This document shows positions 10,413 to 22,936 of a stretch of DNA of 64,000 nt, piece by piece. Source of the DNA: a virus. Each line of letters begins with the position of its first letter. Position 1 is the stretch's first letter. The notes under the pieces are model-generated. The model saw only the letters and a program-made list of their open reading frames with translations. It was not told the origin of the DNA and did no database searches. The position numbers were made by a program, and so were the translations under genes. The stretch is taken from the IMG/VR virus record IMGVR_UViG_3300045988_131726. One strand, written 5' to 3'.

Positions 10413-13400
10413 ATCCGAGCCTGCTTTAGCAACAATCTCTGTAGGCAGAACTATAATATCACCAGCAGCTTCAGGGAGGAAATCTTTAACAACAATAGTT
10501 TCTATTGAGCTAAGTCCCTGTGTAGGGATACGGAATCCTATAAGCTGTAGCAACTCAGGAGGTACTTTACCTACCTTTGTAATACCCTTAAACGGTGAGG
10601 GAAGATATACTTCCATAGATGTAATCTTAGGCTTACCATCTACATATTTTACTACGAAGTCTAAGTCCGAAGATTTATACTTACCTTCATTATATGTACG
10701 GCTTGCCTTAGTTTCCCACATGGTCGAAGGCACCTGGAATGCTGCTGTACCATGACGTTTCTGAGAAGTAGTCATACTTGCAGCTCTGCTCATAAGGATG
10801 CTCTCAATCTTCTCACGTGTAGGAAGAATATCTATATTAGTAGTACCATCATCAAGATTATCTAAGAGTTCTATAGCAGTAATGTAATTATCCGCTAATC
10901 CCCTTTCAATAGCTTCTCGGCGTAGAGAATTAACAAGACTTACAATACCCTCTTCAGAAATCTTCCATCCCTTCTTAGTTGCTACAAGACCTAACTCTTT
11001 AACAAGTTGATCTCTACCTATAGCAATACGTTGATTATTCAGACTAATATACTCCTCAGCTAAAGCTTTAACTTTAGGAGCATTCTCTCCAAAGTGTTCA
11101 CTGATCTCACCCGCATCAAAGAGACCATTAAGAATCTGTACCATCATCTGAGTACCAGTAACTACATCATGGTGTTTATGTTCACCAGTGTCTACTTGAA
11201 TACCCCAATATTCCCAATAAGTATCTTGAGTAAGAAGATCTAAAGGCCCAGTATAATTACCTTCAGTATCTACCAAGAAGTTACCTTCTTTATCGTAGAA
11301 GTCATTAAAAGGATGCTCTGTATTTGTAACTAATACACCTTCCTCATTAGTAACCGAATTAGTCTTAGTAGTTACACCTTTATTAGCTGAATAGTGTACG
11401 GCTACACTAACCTGATTCTTAATCATTAGTTCGTGAAGCTTAGAGAGGTTAGTATCTCCTAAAGCCTTCAGGACAGAAGGTATTAGAGGCATCAATGAGA
11501 GCTTATAGAAAGATGGTTTAAATCCTTCAACATTAGCTAAAGGACCAAAGTGCTGAGGTTTTAAGGAATTAAATACTTGAGAACCCCAGCTGCCACGAGT
11601 TAAAGGAGATTTATTACCATCAAAGTCTACAAATACTCTCTCCTCAACAGGAACTCCTGCTCTTTCTTGTACTTCCCATTGATAAAGCTTTTCAGAATCA
11701 AGATTCCAATCCCCTACTCTAACTTTGAATTCTCGGTAAGCATCTAAAGAAATCATTCCAAAACCGTCACCCTCAGTCATATCTGCATAAGGAGCACTAT
11801 TAAGACCCAACTTATCCGCATTCTTAATAAGAGCTTCTGTCATCATATCCTCAAAAGACTTACTCTTATCAGAGTGCTCATAAGCTTTAAGAACATCATT
11901 GCGAAGTGCCTTATATTTATTATTCTCAGCATCTACAATCTCAGCAATCTGATATAACTGCTTAGAATAGCTAGGAACATCTGAGAATACAGCAGTTCTA
12001 AGTATAGGCTTACCACTTTCATCAGTAAGATTCTCAGCACCATCCATACGCTTAAAGTCACGTGCTATAGTAGTATTAATACCATCAGATGTTAAGCAGG
12101 TTTTCTTAGAACCCATAGCACCATTGTGGCGTTTGAATTCATCACCTAAAGATTTATAGAATATATTATCTCCATATAATATCTTACTTTGCTCAATATT
12201 ACCGATAGCATAATTTACTACTGCATGGCGTATCCAGCTTATGACGTTAGATTTAGAGTACTGATTAGTAGTAGGATTAGTACTTAGCTTTAGGGACATG
12301 TTCAATACTTGATCGTTAGCTAGTTCTTTAAGACCTCCTAGGTCTATTAGCTTATCATAAGCATTGCTAGTCCAAGTATTAATCATCCTCTCTATACGAG
12401 TAGATAACACATCTCTACCTATAGTATTAAGAACTCTGTCTGCAAAATCATTAGGAGATTCGGCAGTATCTACTAAGAATTCTTTAATCTCATTAGGAGT
12501 TAACAAACTTTCAATTACTGTACCCTTAGTATAGTTTTTGTTAAAATTTGTAAACGCTCTATCCTTGATATGAGATCTGGCAATTTCATCCCATAAGTAG
12601 CCTCTGAAAATATCTATAACTTCTCCACGAGTAGTATTTACATTAATCCAAGTATCTCCATGATCCAGGAATCTCTCTTGACCATTATCGGCAGGTCTCA
12701 TAATATTATCCCTACCTTCCATAGTCATATTAAGGACTGTAGAAAGCTTATCTATAAGCTTCATATCCTTATAATCCGTTCCTGTACCATTAGAATTCTC
12801 TCTATTACCTTCATGTATCAAGATTGATAATTTAGGAGTTCTCCTATCTACAAGAGCTCTATTAAGTAACAAAGAGTGCGTTACGTAAATATTATGAGAA
12901 GGATCTAGATGAGGCATCTCTGAATATAGCTTCTCAGGACTATCTATAACTCTATTAATCTTATTAATTGTCTGATTAATATAACCAGGCTTTTGAAGAT
13001 CATAAATTCTTTCATCTCCAAGTGAAATGTGAGAATTTTCTAGAGTTTCTATACCAAGATCTGATTGTATATCTAAGAAAGCATCTAAGTTCTCATTCTC
13101 TCCATCACGGTTCTCATTTACAATAGGAGTCTTTAAAGATCCCTTGAGTATCTGATAGTAAACCTGCCCTATCTTATCCAAAAATCTCTTAGTATGCAAA
13201 GCTTTTTGAAGAGTCTCAGGATTATTGATATCATAGGTTATTCCTAAGATACGTAAGAACTCTTCGGCATTATCAGCAGTAGGAATACGAGGAAAAGCTT
13301 TCTTAATAGCATCTGCATTATATTGCCAAACTTTATATTTATTGCGACTATAAAATTTGATAATATCAGGGTTACCTTCTAGCAACCACTTAGATAACTG

Positions 13401-16400
13401 AGCTCTCCATGCTCCTGCAATACGAGCTCTATGACCTACAGTAGAAGCATTAAAGATAGTGTACTGCCCATTAGCTTTAGTAATACCTATAAGATAATTA
13501 TTCTTGTTATTATTAAATGCTTGCATGAACTGTACAACCTGAAGCATATCTGAAGCAGACCAGGAATCAACCTTATCTAACTTGAGCCAAGAAGGAACTA
13601 CTTGAGTAATTATCTCTCCTTCGGGAGTTCTAAGTGAAACAACCTCATCTCGAATGAGAGGATAAATTGCAGGATACTCTTCAGCAACTTGAGATAATCT
13701 CTTCTGTAGCTCTTGCATAGAAATGCTAGTAGGGAGATTAGCTAACTTATTTGCTAAGATATTAAAGACCTTACCAAAGGGTTCTACCTCAGGCATTCCT
13801 AAGCTATTCTTATAAGGTATAGCTTCCCGAGTCTTAAAATCATAATGTTTCTTAGGTAAGGTACTAAGAAGCAGCTTTATGATCTTATTAGAGTTCATCT
13901 TACTACTTACAGTAATAGATTCCGCAAATAAAGCTGCAGAGTCTCGACCTTGATTACTCTCACCACCTGAGATCTCAGAGGCGGATTCTTGATAGTCTTC
14001 AGACGTGTTTAACTCTAATTTATATTGTGCTAGCCGCTCTTGCTGATGTAAAGCTTTGATTCCCTTAGGGTCATTCCAAGTTTCTAGAACTTTCTGTAAT
14101 TTCTCAAGATCAGAGAGATATTGCTCCATTAAATTAGGATCTGCGAAAGCTATAGAGGATAGGATTTCATTGTATCGACCTACAAACTCATTATGAGCAA
14201 ACTCATAAGCCTCAGATACAATCTTAGCATTTTCTGACTGCAGTATATCAATTAGATTACCATTCTCCTTAAAGTACTGTAGAAACCAATAGTGTAAGCT
14301 ATTTACAGCGTCTGCTGTAGTAATAGCATCTAAACCTGGGATAACCTTATAGTGAGGAGATGTTGCCTTTAATGTAAGATAGTCATTCATAAGAAAACCT
14401 TTATTACGAACTCTCTCTACAATAGATTGTATACTTTGAGTCCATTCCCTATTGGGTTTACCAAGATGCCGAATGTTATTATATAACCTTGTTAATTGAT
14501 ACTTGATATACTTAAAGATCTTCTTAATAAAGTTATTATCTTCATCCTCAGTTACCATAAAGTCTGCAAAAGCTTCAGCTAGAACCTCTTCAGCTAATTC
14601 TTCACTACCTAATTCAGGATATAAAGGTTTTAATGAATCAAAATTACTTTTATACTCATCATTATTAAGAGCTTCCCTTACTAGGTTAGCTTTCTCATCG
14701 GCTGTAAGTAAGCAGTCCAAAATAACGTGAAATGCCTCATGATATACAGACTCTGCACCAGTACCTTGATATACAGTAACTACACTATCCTCAAATTTAC
14801 CAACTACATTCTTAGCAATAGCAGACTTAACAATCTTGAAGTCAATATCAGGAAACTTCTTCTTAAACCATTCTCCAGCTTTATCTAATTCCTCATTCGC
14901 AGAATTACTCATTTGCTCATATGTCCTACGGAATTTTGTAACTGTAGAAATACGAACACTATCATTAGACTTCTGTGACGTAGCGTTTAGATTGTTAGCC
15001 ATATCTAGGGCTCTCTGAAGTTGAGCTCTAACCTTAGGATCTGTAGTGCTTTCAAGCTGCCTCTGAAGTGCTGCTATAGCAGGATTACTAGACTGTGTAG
15101 TAGGTTCTGAAACAGGAGATTTCTTATCTTCTACAAGAGTAAGCTTAGCATTAAATTGAGTAGGATCCTTAACCCCCATCCTGTTAGCAAGGTATGCTTG
15201 AGCAGCATTCGCAACATCTGCTAAAGTAGCTCCCTCTCTACCAGCATATTGGTTAAGCTGATCTGCAACAACTATAGGAAAAGCATTCTCCTGATCAGAG
15301 CTAACAATACTCCTACCATCATATTGAGCTTCAAAGTCAAACCTATTAATATTACCATTCGCAGGATTAGTAACCTCAAGTGTCATCTTTACAGGAGTAC
15401 CGGATCTAATAGTATCAATAACACTTGCTAAAGACTTCTCTTTAGAAACCTCTTCTTTGGCCTCTGAGACTTCATCAGAAGTAACAGTTTCTACATTCAG
15501 AGGATCATATGTCACATATCGCTCAGCATGCGCGTAAGGACTATTAGGATCTACTACAAAGTCTACTAGGTTTTCTCTAACAAAAGTATGGTAATTTTGG
15601 TATTTCTTAGCTCCTAATGTACCATCTTTATTAATCTTAGTAGGGAAGTAATAAGGATCTTTACTTGCAGGATTAATCTTTGAATAACGAGGGTTATAGA
15701 AAGCTTTACTTAAGAAGTTATTAACCTCTGTAAGAAACTCTTCGTTAATAACATAGTTACCATTTTCATCTCTTACAGCCGCATCTATCTCTTTATCCCC
15801 AATATTCCACCTTACAGTATTCTGACCATTCTCATCCTTAATATTATATAAAGTACGAGCAGGATCACCATGACTATTATACCTAAGTAAATCTCGTAGA
15901 ATTCCAAAAAAGTCGTAATGTATAAATTCTTTACCACTCCTAAGAGTATACTTATCACTACTTACAAAAGTCTTTCCTTTAATAGATTTAGCAATATAAT
16001 GCCTAAATAAATCTACTAAGAACTGCCTAGTTCCTGCTTGAATGGGTACTGAGTTAGCCCTATAGAAATTATTATTCGTAGCATCATGGATAGCCATTGT
16101 TCCTGCAGGAACAGTAAAGGTTTGGCCATTCTCTGTAATAATTCTACCAATATTTGAAATATAAACCGTTAAAGTATTTATATCCATATTAGCAGGTAAA
16201 CTCTCAGCTAAAGGCTTAAGCTGTGCAGGCTTCTTAATAACATCATGTTTGTACTTATCATCAATAATACCAGCACTTGTTCCTTGAATAACAACAGGTA
16301 CACTTACACCATCTTGTAGATGTTCCCAAACATCTCTAATATAAATAGCCCTGTAGTAATCAAAGCTCTTCTGAGTACCATAGTACTTACCATCAGCATC

Positions 16401-19334
16401 GGTTGTAGGATCTGCTACAGTAGTATAGACTGCCTTATTAAGATCAAGTTCTTTTCCAATAGAGTTCCCATCGGCATCTATGTAATTTCCGTCGTGATCT
16501 GTGAGAATTAATCTACCCGCAGTCTTTCCTTCATATTTGAAAGGTACTATAATACCTCTATATTGAGAAGCATCATGTTTATCAAGGAAGTCAAACCATC
16601 GTATTTGATCCACATTACTATTCTCACGGCTAGCTATATCAGAGCCTTTAGAACCCCGCCAATAATTTTCTGCAGATCTCTTAGGAGGATCCCACAAAGC
16701 ATCATTAGCTTCGGGAGTATCAAAGCTATCAGAACGAACAAATTCTATCTCCTGAGCATCGTTATTCTCAGGATTAGCATCCTTAATTTCTTCTCCGGAT
16801 GCTTTAATAATCCTATCTTGAGCCCGATGATATAAATTATCAATTTCTTCAATAGCTTCTTCACTAAGACTTGAGTCATTCTTATATCGCTCTCTCCAAA
16901 TAGCTAGATCATCCAGACTCTTAAGTTCATCTACTTCCTTACGAAGCTCCTTACGTTTAGCAGGAGTAAAAAATTTGACTTCAGGGGTGGTAGTCTCGGG
17001 AGTAATAGCTTCAGAAGCCTCAGGAGTTTCTTCCTGATAACTCTCTAAATCCTGAGCTGTAACAGGTCGTTCATCTCCTTCCTCATTAGTAAGTATAGGC
17101 ATACTATAAGTACCGAGCTCATCATCATAGCCACGAAGGAAATAATTATCTCCATCCTTAACTACTTGAGCTCTATTAGTAAGTATAGGTTGATTATTAT
17201 CATCATACTGTACTAAAGGCTTATTTGCCTTAGATTCAACTGCCTGCTTTTCAGCTTCAGCAGCTATTCTTTGCAGTCTCTCAACTTCGGTCTCAAGCCA
17301 CTTCTCTTGATACTCTTTCTTAGTAATCTCCTTATATTCCTTATCAACATCATCTAAAGCTTTCTTAACATCTCGATACTGCTTAATACGGTCAGTAAGA
17401 GTTTTATAAGCTTCAGGAGCTTCAGATTGTGCTAAGGTTTTTGCATTAGCTTCGAAGTTAAGATCTTTATCTAGGCTCACATTATAAACAGGAGATTTTG
17501 CACTTAAGGATTCATTTAAATCTGTAAGTTTATTCTGGATATCCCTATATAAATCTTTACTCCAAGTTTGAAGAGTATTATGTCGAATACGATTGTCAAA
17601 GATCTCTTGACTATTAGGATTATGTGAAGCTAAGATATACTCATTCTCAGATTCATTAATGTATTCTTTTAACTTCTGAGCTTGCTCTCTTTCCTCAGGA
17701 GTTCTACTAGTATCATTAATAATATCTTCTGTAGATCTCTCTAATGCTGTAATAGTACCATTCTGAATAGATTCAGTAATGAGATCTGCAGCCTCCTTAT
17801 TCCACATAGCATCCGCAGTTACATCGTCTCCCCTAGAGATAGCTTCAGCTTTTAATGCCTCAGCTTGAACAATATTATTAAGCTTATTATTAATTCCCTT
17901 AATAAATTCTTGTTGCTTAACATATGATTGATATTCCTCCTCACGACGTTTACGACCTAGAATATCTCCAGAAGCTATATTAGCAACAACTCTAGATACA
18001 GCTCTTTGTCCAGGGCCTGTAACTGCTCCCATAAGACCTTCTACGATCGCCTGCTTTGAAGTACCAAAAGCAAGAGCTCTATCCCAGAAAGTATCACCTA
18101 GCTTCTCATCTTCCTCAGTTAAAGTACCAGCAGCCTTACGAACTTGGTATTCCCCCTCCATCTGAAGAATATTCTGTCCAATTTCTTCGGCACCTTCCTT
18201 AGCTCCCTGAATAAGTATATTATCTGCAGAAAGCTTACCTAGGTTCTTAATAGCCTTAAGTTTCTCCTTAGGATTAGTAAGAAGTGCTTGCCTAAAAGCT
18301 CCTTTGCTCTTAACAAGACCATGAAGACCTATGGCATCTGTTAGCATGAATATTCTATTGTTACGGACGAATTCAGCCTGTTCTTTGCCTATTCTAGCTT
18401 GTACCTCAGTGTCGTTATTAAACTCATCTTCTGCTAACTTACGAGCATTCTCAATACTTAAAGGAATAGGAGCATCTTTGAACTGCTCATAGTATTCCCG
18501 AGCTTTGGATTCTATGTACTGCTGCTTAGCATTCTCTCCAAGCTCAATAGCCATCATCTGGCCTTCAGCATAGTTAGTAATAGTACCAGCAGCAACATCT
18601 TTAGCTATTTCCCCAAGGGAATTTGCAAGTACCTTGGTACCTGCAGAAGCATTCATCTTAGCAAGTCCTCTAGCAGCTAAAGATCCTGCTCTACTAAGTT
18701 TAACAGCCGCACCAATACCTTTAGATACAAGACCTCCTGGGATAGCAAAGCCTACTACCGAGTCAATCATACCCTTTAGAGTACTGAACTTAAAGAACTG
18801 GCCTAAAGCACTATCACTCTCAGTCTCATATATAGGCATAGTTTCATTAAGACCTTCTTTAAATTGTCTCATAGCTTTAGACAACCAATTATCACGGTCA
18901 TTATCAAGCTTATTCCATGTATTGTAATGACCCTCAAGGTCAAGGATATAACCAATGTCCTCAAGAGCTGTAGCAAGACCACTAATAGCACCACTAACTA
19001 TAGCATTGGTAGCTTTTAAAAATCCAGACTGTTCATTAGCTCTAAAGGCATTAAGGTCTCGCATTTGATTAAGCTCAGTAATACCCTCATCATACGAAGA
19101 GGGATTACCATTAGCAGCTTGTAAATATTCTTGACCAATATTAGACTCATCCCCAAATATTGATCGAGAGAAGTCTACATCATGCTGAGCCTGTTCAGTG
19201 AGAAACTCATTCATCCCATAGGACTTGGGGGCTAATCTATTAACCCCCGGTAGTCCTTGGATATTATCGTACTGAGCTTTCTCCTGACTTATCTGGAATA
19301 GTGCATCATTAAGTTTCTTTAAATTCTCATCCAT
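10413..19334 (-). CDS. giant RNA polymerase, exon 1 (2974 codons) with N-terminal zincin-like region
   Basis: The C-terminal end FRIPTQGLSSIETI...IVLPTEIVAKAGSD aligns by eye with bacterial beta-prime NRAPTLHRLGIQAF...IQLHPLVCAAYNAD(FDGD). The ORF stops at TAA immediately after the 5' splice site. An HExxH motif (HEAFH) lies at 14727..14741. Confidence 0.8.
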
Positions 19335-19336
19335 AA

Positions 19337-21100
19337 TTATTTAAACTCAAATTGAATTGCTTTATTTTCTCCAGTAGTTATAGCAGCGGTTTTTGTTCGA
19401 CTAGGAATTGTTGAATCTCTAAGTTCTGATAAGAATTCTAAGTAGTTTATGTACTGCATATAAGACTGCACATCACCTCTAGATTCTGCTTCTAATATAT
19501 CATTATAAGTCTGATTATATACTGTATTATATTCCTCATCACTCATAGCTCTAACCTTTCTTAAAGCATTATAATAACCAATCTCACTTTGATCTATATC
19601 TTCAGGTCTTATAAAGAAAGTATCTTTACCATCACGTATACGAACTACACCAAAATTATCAAGTGGTTCTATAGAGAAAGAATTAGAATCTTTATTATTA
19701 AGTTTAGTAATAAGATCTCCTGCATCTTTCCCAAACCACTTACTATCTTGAAGAGCATTAGTACCTTCAAGAGCGTTTTCTAAAGATCCAAACACTTGTA
19801 AAGATCCCGTAGTTATAGCAGGTATTACTCTATTAATAAAGCCCTTCTTTAAGTCAGGATCATCATAAGTAGTATATCCATATTTCTTACCTAACTTATC
19901 AATCTCATTATCAATAGCCTTGAGCTGTGCTTCCTTAGTAGTATATTTAGCAGGATCAATGCCAAATTTCTTAAGAGTCTTATCCATAACTACAGGTGAG
20001 GATAGGTTAGAACCTTGATAAGAGCTTGCTGCTCCTGCTCCTACTGTAGGTGAATAAAGATTACCTATTCTATTAAAGAATCCTGAGCTAGAAGGATTGG
20101 CAATAGCTTCTCTCAAATCCTGAAGTTCTTTAATCTGAGGAACATCTATAGCAGCCCCATATTTATCTGCGAAATATAGTCCTGAAAGATTAGTATTCTT
20201 GCCTTTACCAGCAGCTCTCCTAGCTAAAGCACGTTCCTTAGCTTGTTCAAGAGCCATACGCATGCTGAAGTCATCAGAGATTCCATCAACTTTAGCAGCT
20301 CCTAAGGCTGTATTAAAAGCACTCGCTGCATATTCCCAAGCTCTTTGAGCCTCATTAGAACTAGCTCCATAATAGTCATATACTCCCGTAGAGGTAATAA
20401 CCTTATTAGCAGCATCTCTAATAAGTTGGGCGAGGGGAGCAGCTTTAGCAAGGTCTATACCCTGCTCTTTATTTAAAGCTAATGCAATATCTTTAGGGGT
20501 AGCGCCAGCTTGGGTCATAGCCCAATACTTATAAGGTAAGCCAGTCTTAGTAAGCTGAGGAAGATTCTGAGAAATGTACTTACTAATAGGAATCATTTCT
20601 TGGCGAGTTCTCTCATAAATCTCTTGACCACTAATGGGATGAAGCTCATGAGAAGTAGGATCTGCAATCCATCTATCAAGTCCTACTTGCATAGGATCTT
20701 TTATTATGAGAGAAGGATTTCTTAGTTGTGCTTCCTTAGCAGCTTTTGCCCACTGTTCTCTATCAACAGCAGCTTTATTTAAAGGCAGAATATTATTAGT
20801 AAAATCACTCTTACGTTGTAACAATCTACGTCTAATTCCAGGAGTTAACCCATTCTTGGAAAGATCATTTATATCAGCTTCTACAGAGGACTGAAACTGT
20901 TGATTGGCTTGAATAGCTGCATCATCAACTCCAGGTTGGAATCTTGTAGCAGCATCAGCAGCAAGAGCTTGATTTTGCATAAAGGCATCCTCCATCTTCT
21001 CATGCTCTTGAGTAAGATATTGAGGAGCAATCATCATTTCTTGTAGAGATGGAAGTTTGAAATCACCATACTCTAGACGGTCATACATTGAAATTGCCAT
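19337..21100 (-). CDS. hypothetical virion-associated protein (587 aa)
   Basis: Long ORF tiled 2 nt upstream of the polymerase gene. No recognisable motif. Confidence 0.6.
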   Translation of the reverse strand: MAISMYDRLEYGDFKLPSLQEMMIAPQYLTQEHEKMEDAFMQNQALAADAATRFQPGVDDAAIQANQQFQSSVEADINDLSKNGLTPGIRRRLLQRKSDFTNNILPLNKAAVDREQWAKAAKEAQLRNPSLIIKDPMQVGLDRWIADPTSHELHPISGQEIYERTRQEMIPISKYISQNLPQLTKTGLPYKYWAMTQAGATPKDIALALNKEQGIDLAKAAPLAQLIRDAANKVITSTGVYDYYGASSNEAQRAWEYAASAFNTALGAAKVDGISDDFSMRMALEQAKERALARRAAGKGKNTNLSGLYFADKYGAAIDVPQIKELQDLREAIANPSSSGFFNRIGNLYSPTVGAGAASSYQGSNLSSPVVMDKTLKKFGIDPAKYTTKEAQLKAIDNEIDKLGKKYGYTTYDDPDLKKGFINRVIPAITTGSLQVFGSLENALEGTNALQDSKWFGKDAGDLITKLNNKDSNSFSIEPLDNFGVVRIRDGKDTFFIRPEDIDQSEIGYYNALRKVRAMSDEEYNTVYNQTYNDILEAESRGDVQSYMQYINYLEFLSELRDSTIPSRTKTAAITTGENKAIQFEFK

Positions 21101-22936
21101 CTACTTACCTCCTTTCTTAATACTCTTCAGAAATTTCTTAACCTCAGGGTCGAAGAGGAATCCTCCCTTAGCTCCATAATTTGAGGGAGTGTCAAGAAAA
21201 TCCCAGGTAGTTTTAGGATCTATAGTAGTTCTAGTAGGTGTAGGAGCATCAACACCTCCAGTAAATCTTCCTGTAGGAGTTCCGTAGAGGGGGAACATAT
21301 TCTGGATAGTCTCCAAATTCTGAAGATACCTAGAAGTTTCTCCAATATTACCAGCTACAGTATTGACACCTGTACGAATACCATTTCTACGAGCAGCTCT
21401 ATTACGAGCGTTATAATCATATTCTCTAAACTCCTGCCCAAGATTAAACTGTTGCTGCTGTGCAGAAAGACCTGCAAGCTGTCTATCCTGGTCAGCATCA
21501 AACATTATAGACTCTTTCTTACGCTGACGATTAACTTCATCTGACTTAATATACATGTCTCCTAATGCATTGAGAGCATTATAATTATGAGCTACTAAAG
21601 CTGCCCTAGCTGAAGCAGGATTACCTGCGGAAGTATTAATAATATTTCTAGCTGTAGCATTAGCCTGAGCTCTATACTTATTAGCCAGATACTCTCTATC
21701 TATAGGTTCATAAGGAAGATGTCTTCGTGTCATAAAATCACTAAGATCCATTCTTCCTAAAGAGACTTGCTCAGGTTTACTTACAATATCTGAGACAAGA
21801 TTACCTACATTTGCAAGAGCTGGAGCAAAAAGTCCTGCACTCTGCAACCACCCACCATCATCATGCCACTTAGAAGCATTACGAGCAAAGTTTGCTTTCT
21901 TAACCATAGCAGAAGAATAGTTCTCTTTATTAGCTAAGACTTGACGAGCAAATTCTTGAACCCCCTTACCATGCTTCTTAGCAGCTGCAGTAAATGTACC
22001 ACGCTTGGAAGGCTGAATATGTATACCACCACCTTCGGCATAGAGAAGGTCACTAATTTCATTTAAATCAAATATTTCATTCATAGCTTCATCAGCTTTA
22101 TCTATATACTTCTGAGCTTCTTGAGCCTGCTGTAAGCGACTTAACATAGCATCTCTACCTCTTTTACTAATAGGATCGAAAGGTCTTTCTTTACTCTCCT
22201 TAGATAAGCTCTTTGAAGCATTTGCATAGGATCTTTTATCTACATTTCCTAAATCATATGCTTTACTAAATCCTTTGGGAATCTTTAATCTCTTAGAAAA
22301 GATATAATTATCCCATTTAGTTTCACCTTCTTCAACAAGGTTAGGAACATCATTAGAATCAATACCCTGAGGAACTCCACCATTGATATTACGCTCATGT
22401 GAATCTCCTTCATTGAATTCATTAAAACCTGTAGGATAATCTCCACCATGAGTATTAACCCATCCACCAAAGGCTACTATATTCGCTAGAGCGTCTTGCG
22501 TCTCCTTCTGAGTGAGATAAGAATTCTGAACAGATAAAGCTTCTTGTACTCTTTCATTAGCTCTTCTTCTACGTCCATTACGATCTCCTGCACCAAAGAG
22601 CCCTCCTGCAAGACCTGCAACACCTCCTGCTAATGCTCCCCAAGGTCCGGCAGCAGCTCCTGCAGCTGCCCCAGAAAGAGCTCCAGAAACACCAGCAAGA
22701 CCCATACTTTCCGTAGATTGAGGAACCCAGTCTGCAACCCAATTAGAAAGAGAACTCTTAGATATCTGATTCTGAACCTGGTTAACCTGGGCATCTGCTT
22801 GAGCTTCTATCTCCTCTCCTTCTTCAAAATTACTTAGGAGAGAAGTGGCTGCCCCGAGAACCCCCGAGGCAATGCCAACACCTTTTTGAAATTTATCCGC
22901 TTTACTAACGTTAGTTTCCTTAGTTTCTTTAGCCAT
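21101..22936 (-). CDS. hypothetical virion-associated protein (611 aa) with Gly/Ala-rich hydrophobic segment
   Basis: ORF abuts its neighbours without a gap. It has a GLAGVSGALSGAAAGAAAGPWGALAGGVAGLAGGLFGAG segment. Confidence 0.6.
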   Translation of the reverse strand: MAKETKETNVSKADKFQKGVGIASGVLGAATSLLSNFEEGEEIEAQADAQVNQVQNQISKSSLSNWVADWVPQSTESMGLAGVSGALSGAAAGAAAGPWGALAGGVAGLAGGLFGAGDRNGRRRRANERVQEALSVQNSYLTQKETQDALANIVAFGGWVNTHGGDYPTGFNEFNEGDSHERNINGGVPQGIDSNDVPNLVEEGETKWDNYIFSKRLKIPKGFSKAYDLGNVDKRSYANASKSLSKESKERPFDPISKRGRDAMLSRLQQAQEAQKYIDKADEAMNEIFDLNEISDLLYAEGGGIHIQPSKRGTFTAAAKKHGKGVQEFARQVLANKENYSSAMVKKANFARNASKWHDDGGWLQSAGLFAPALANVGNLVSDIVSKPEQVSLGRMDLSDFMTRRHLPYEPIDREYLANKYRAQANATARNIINTSAGNPASARAALVAHNYNALNALGDMYIKSDEVNRQRKKESIMFDADQDRQLAGLSAQQQQFNLGQEFREYDYNARNRAARRNGIRTGVNTVAGNIGETSRYLQNLETIQNMFPLYGTPTGRFTGGVDAPTPTRTTIDPKTTWDFLDTPSNYGAKGGFLFDPEVKKFLKSIKKGGK

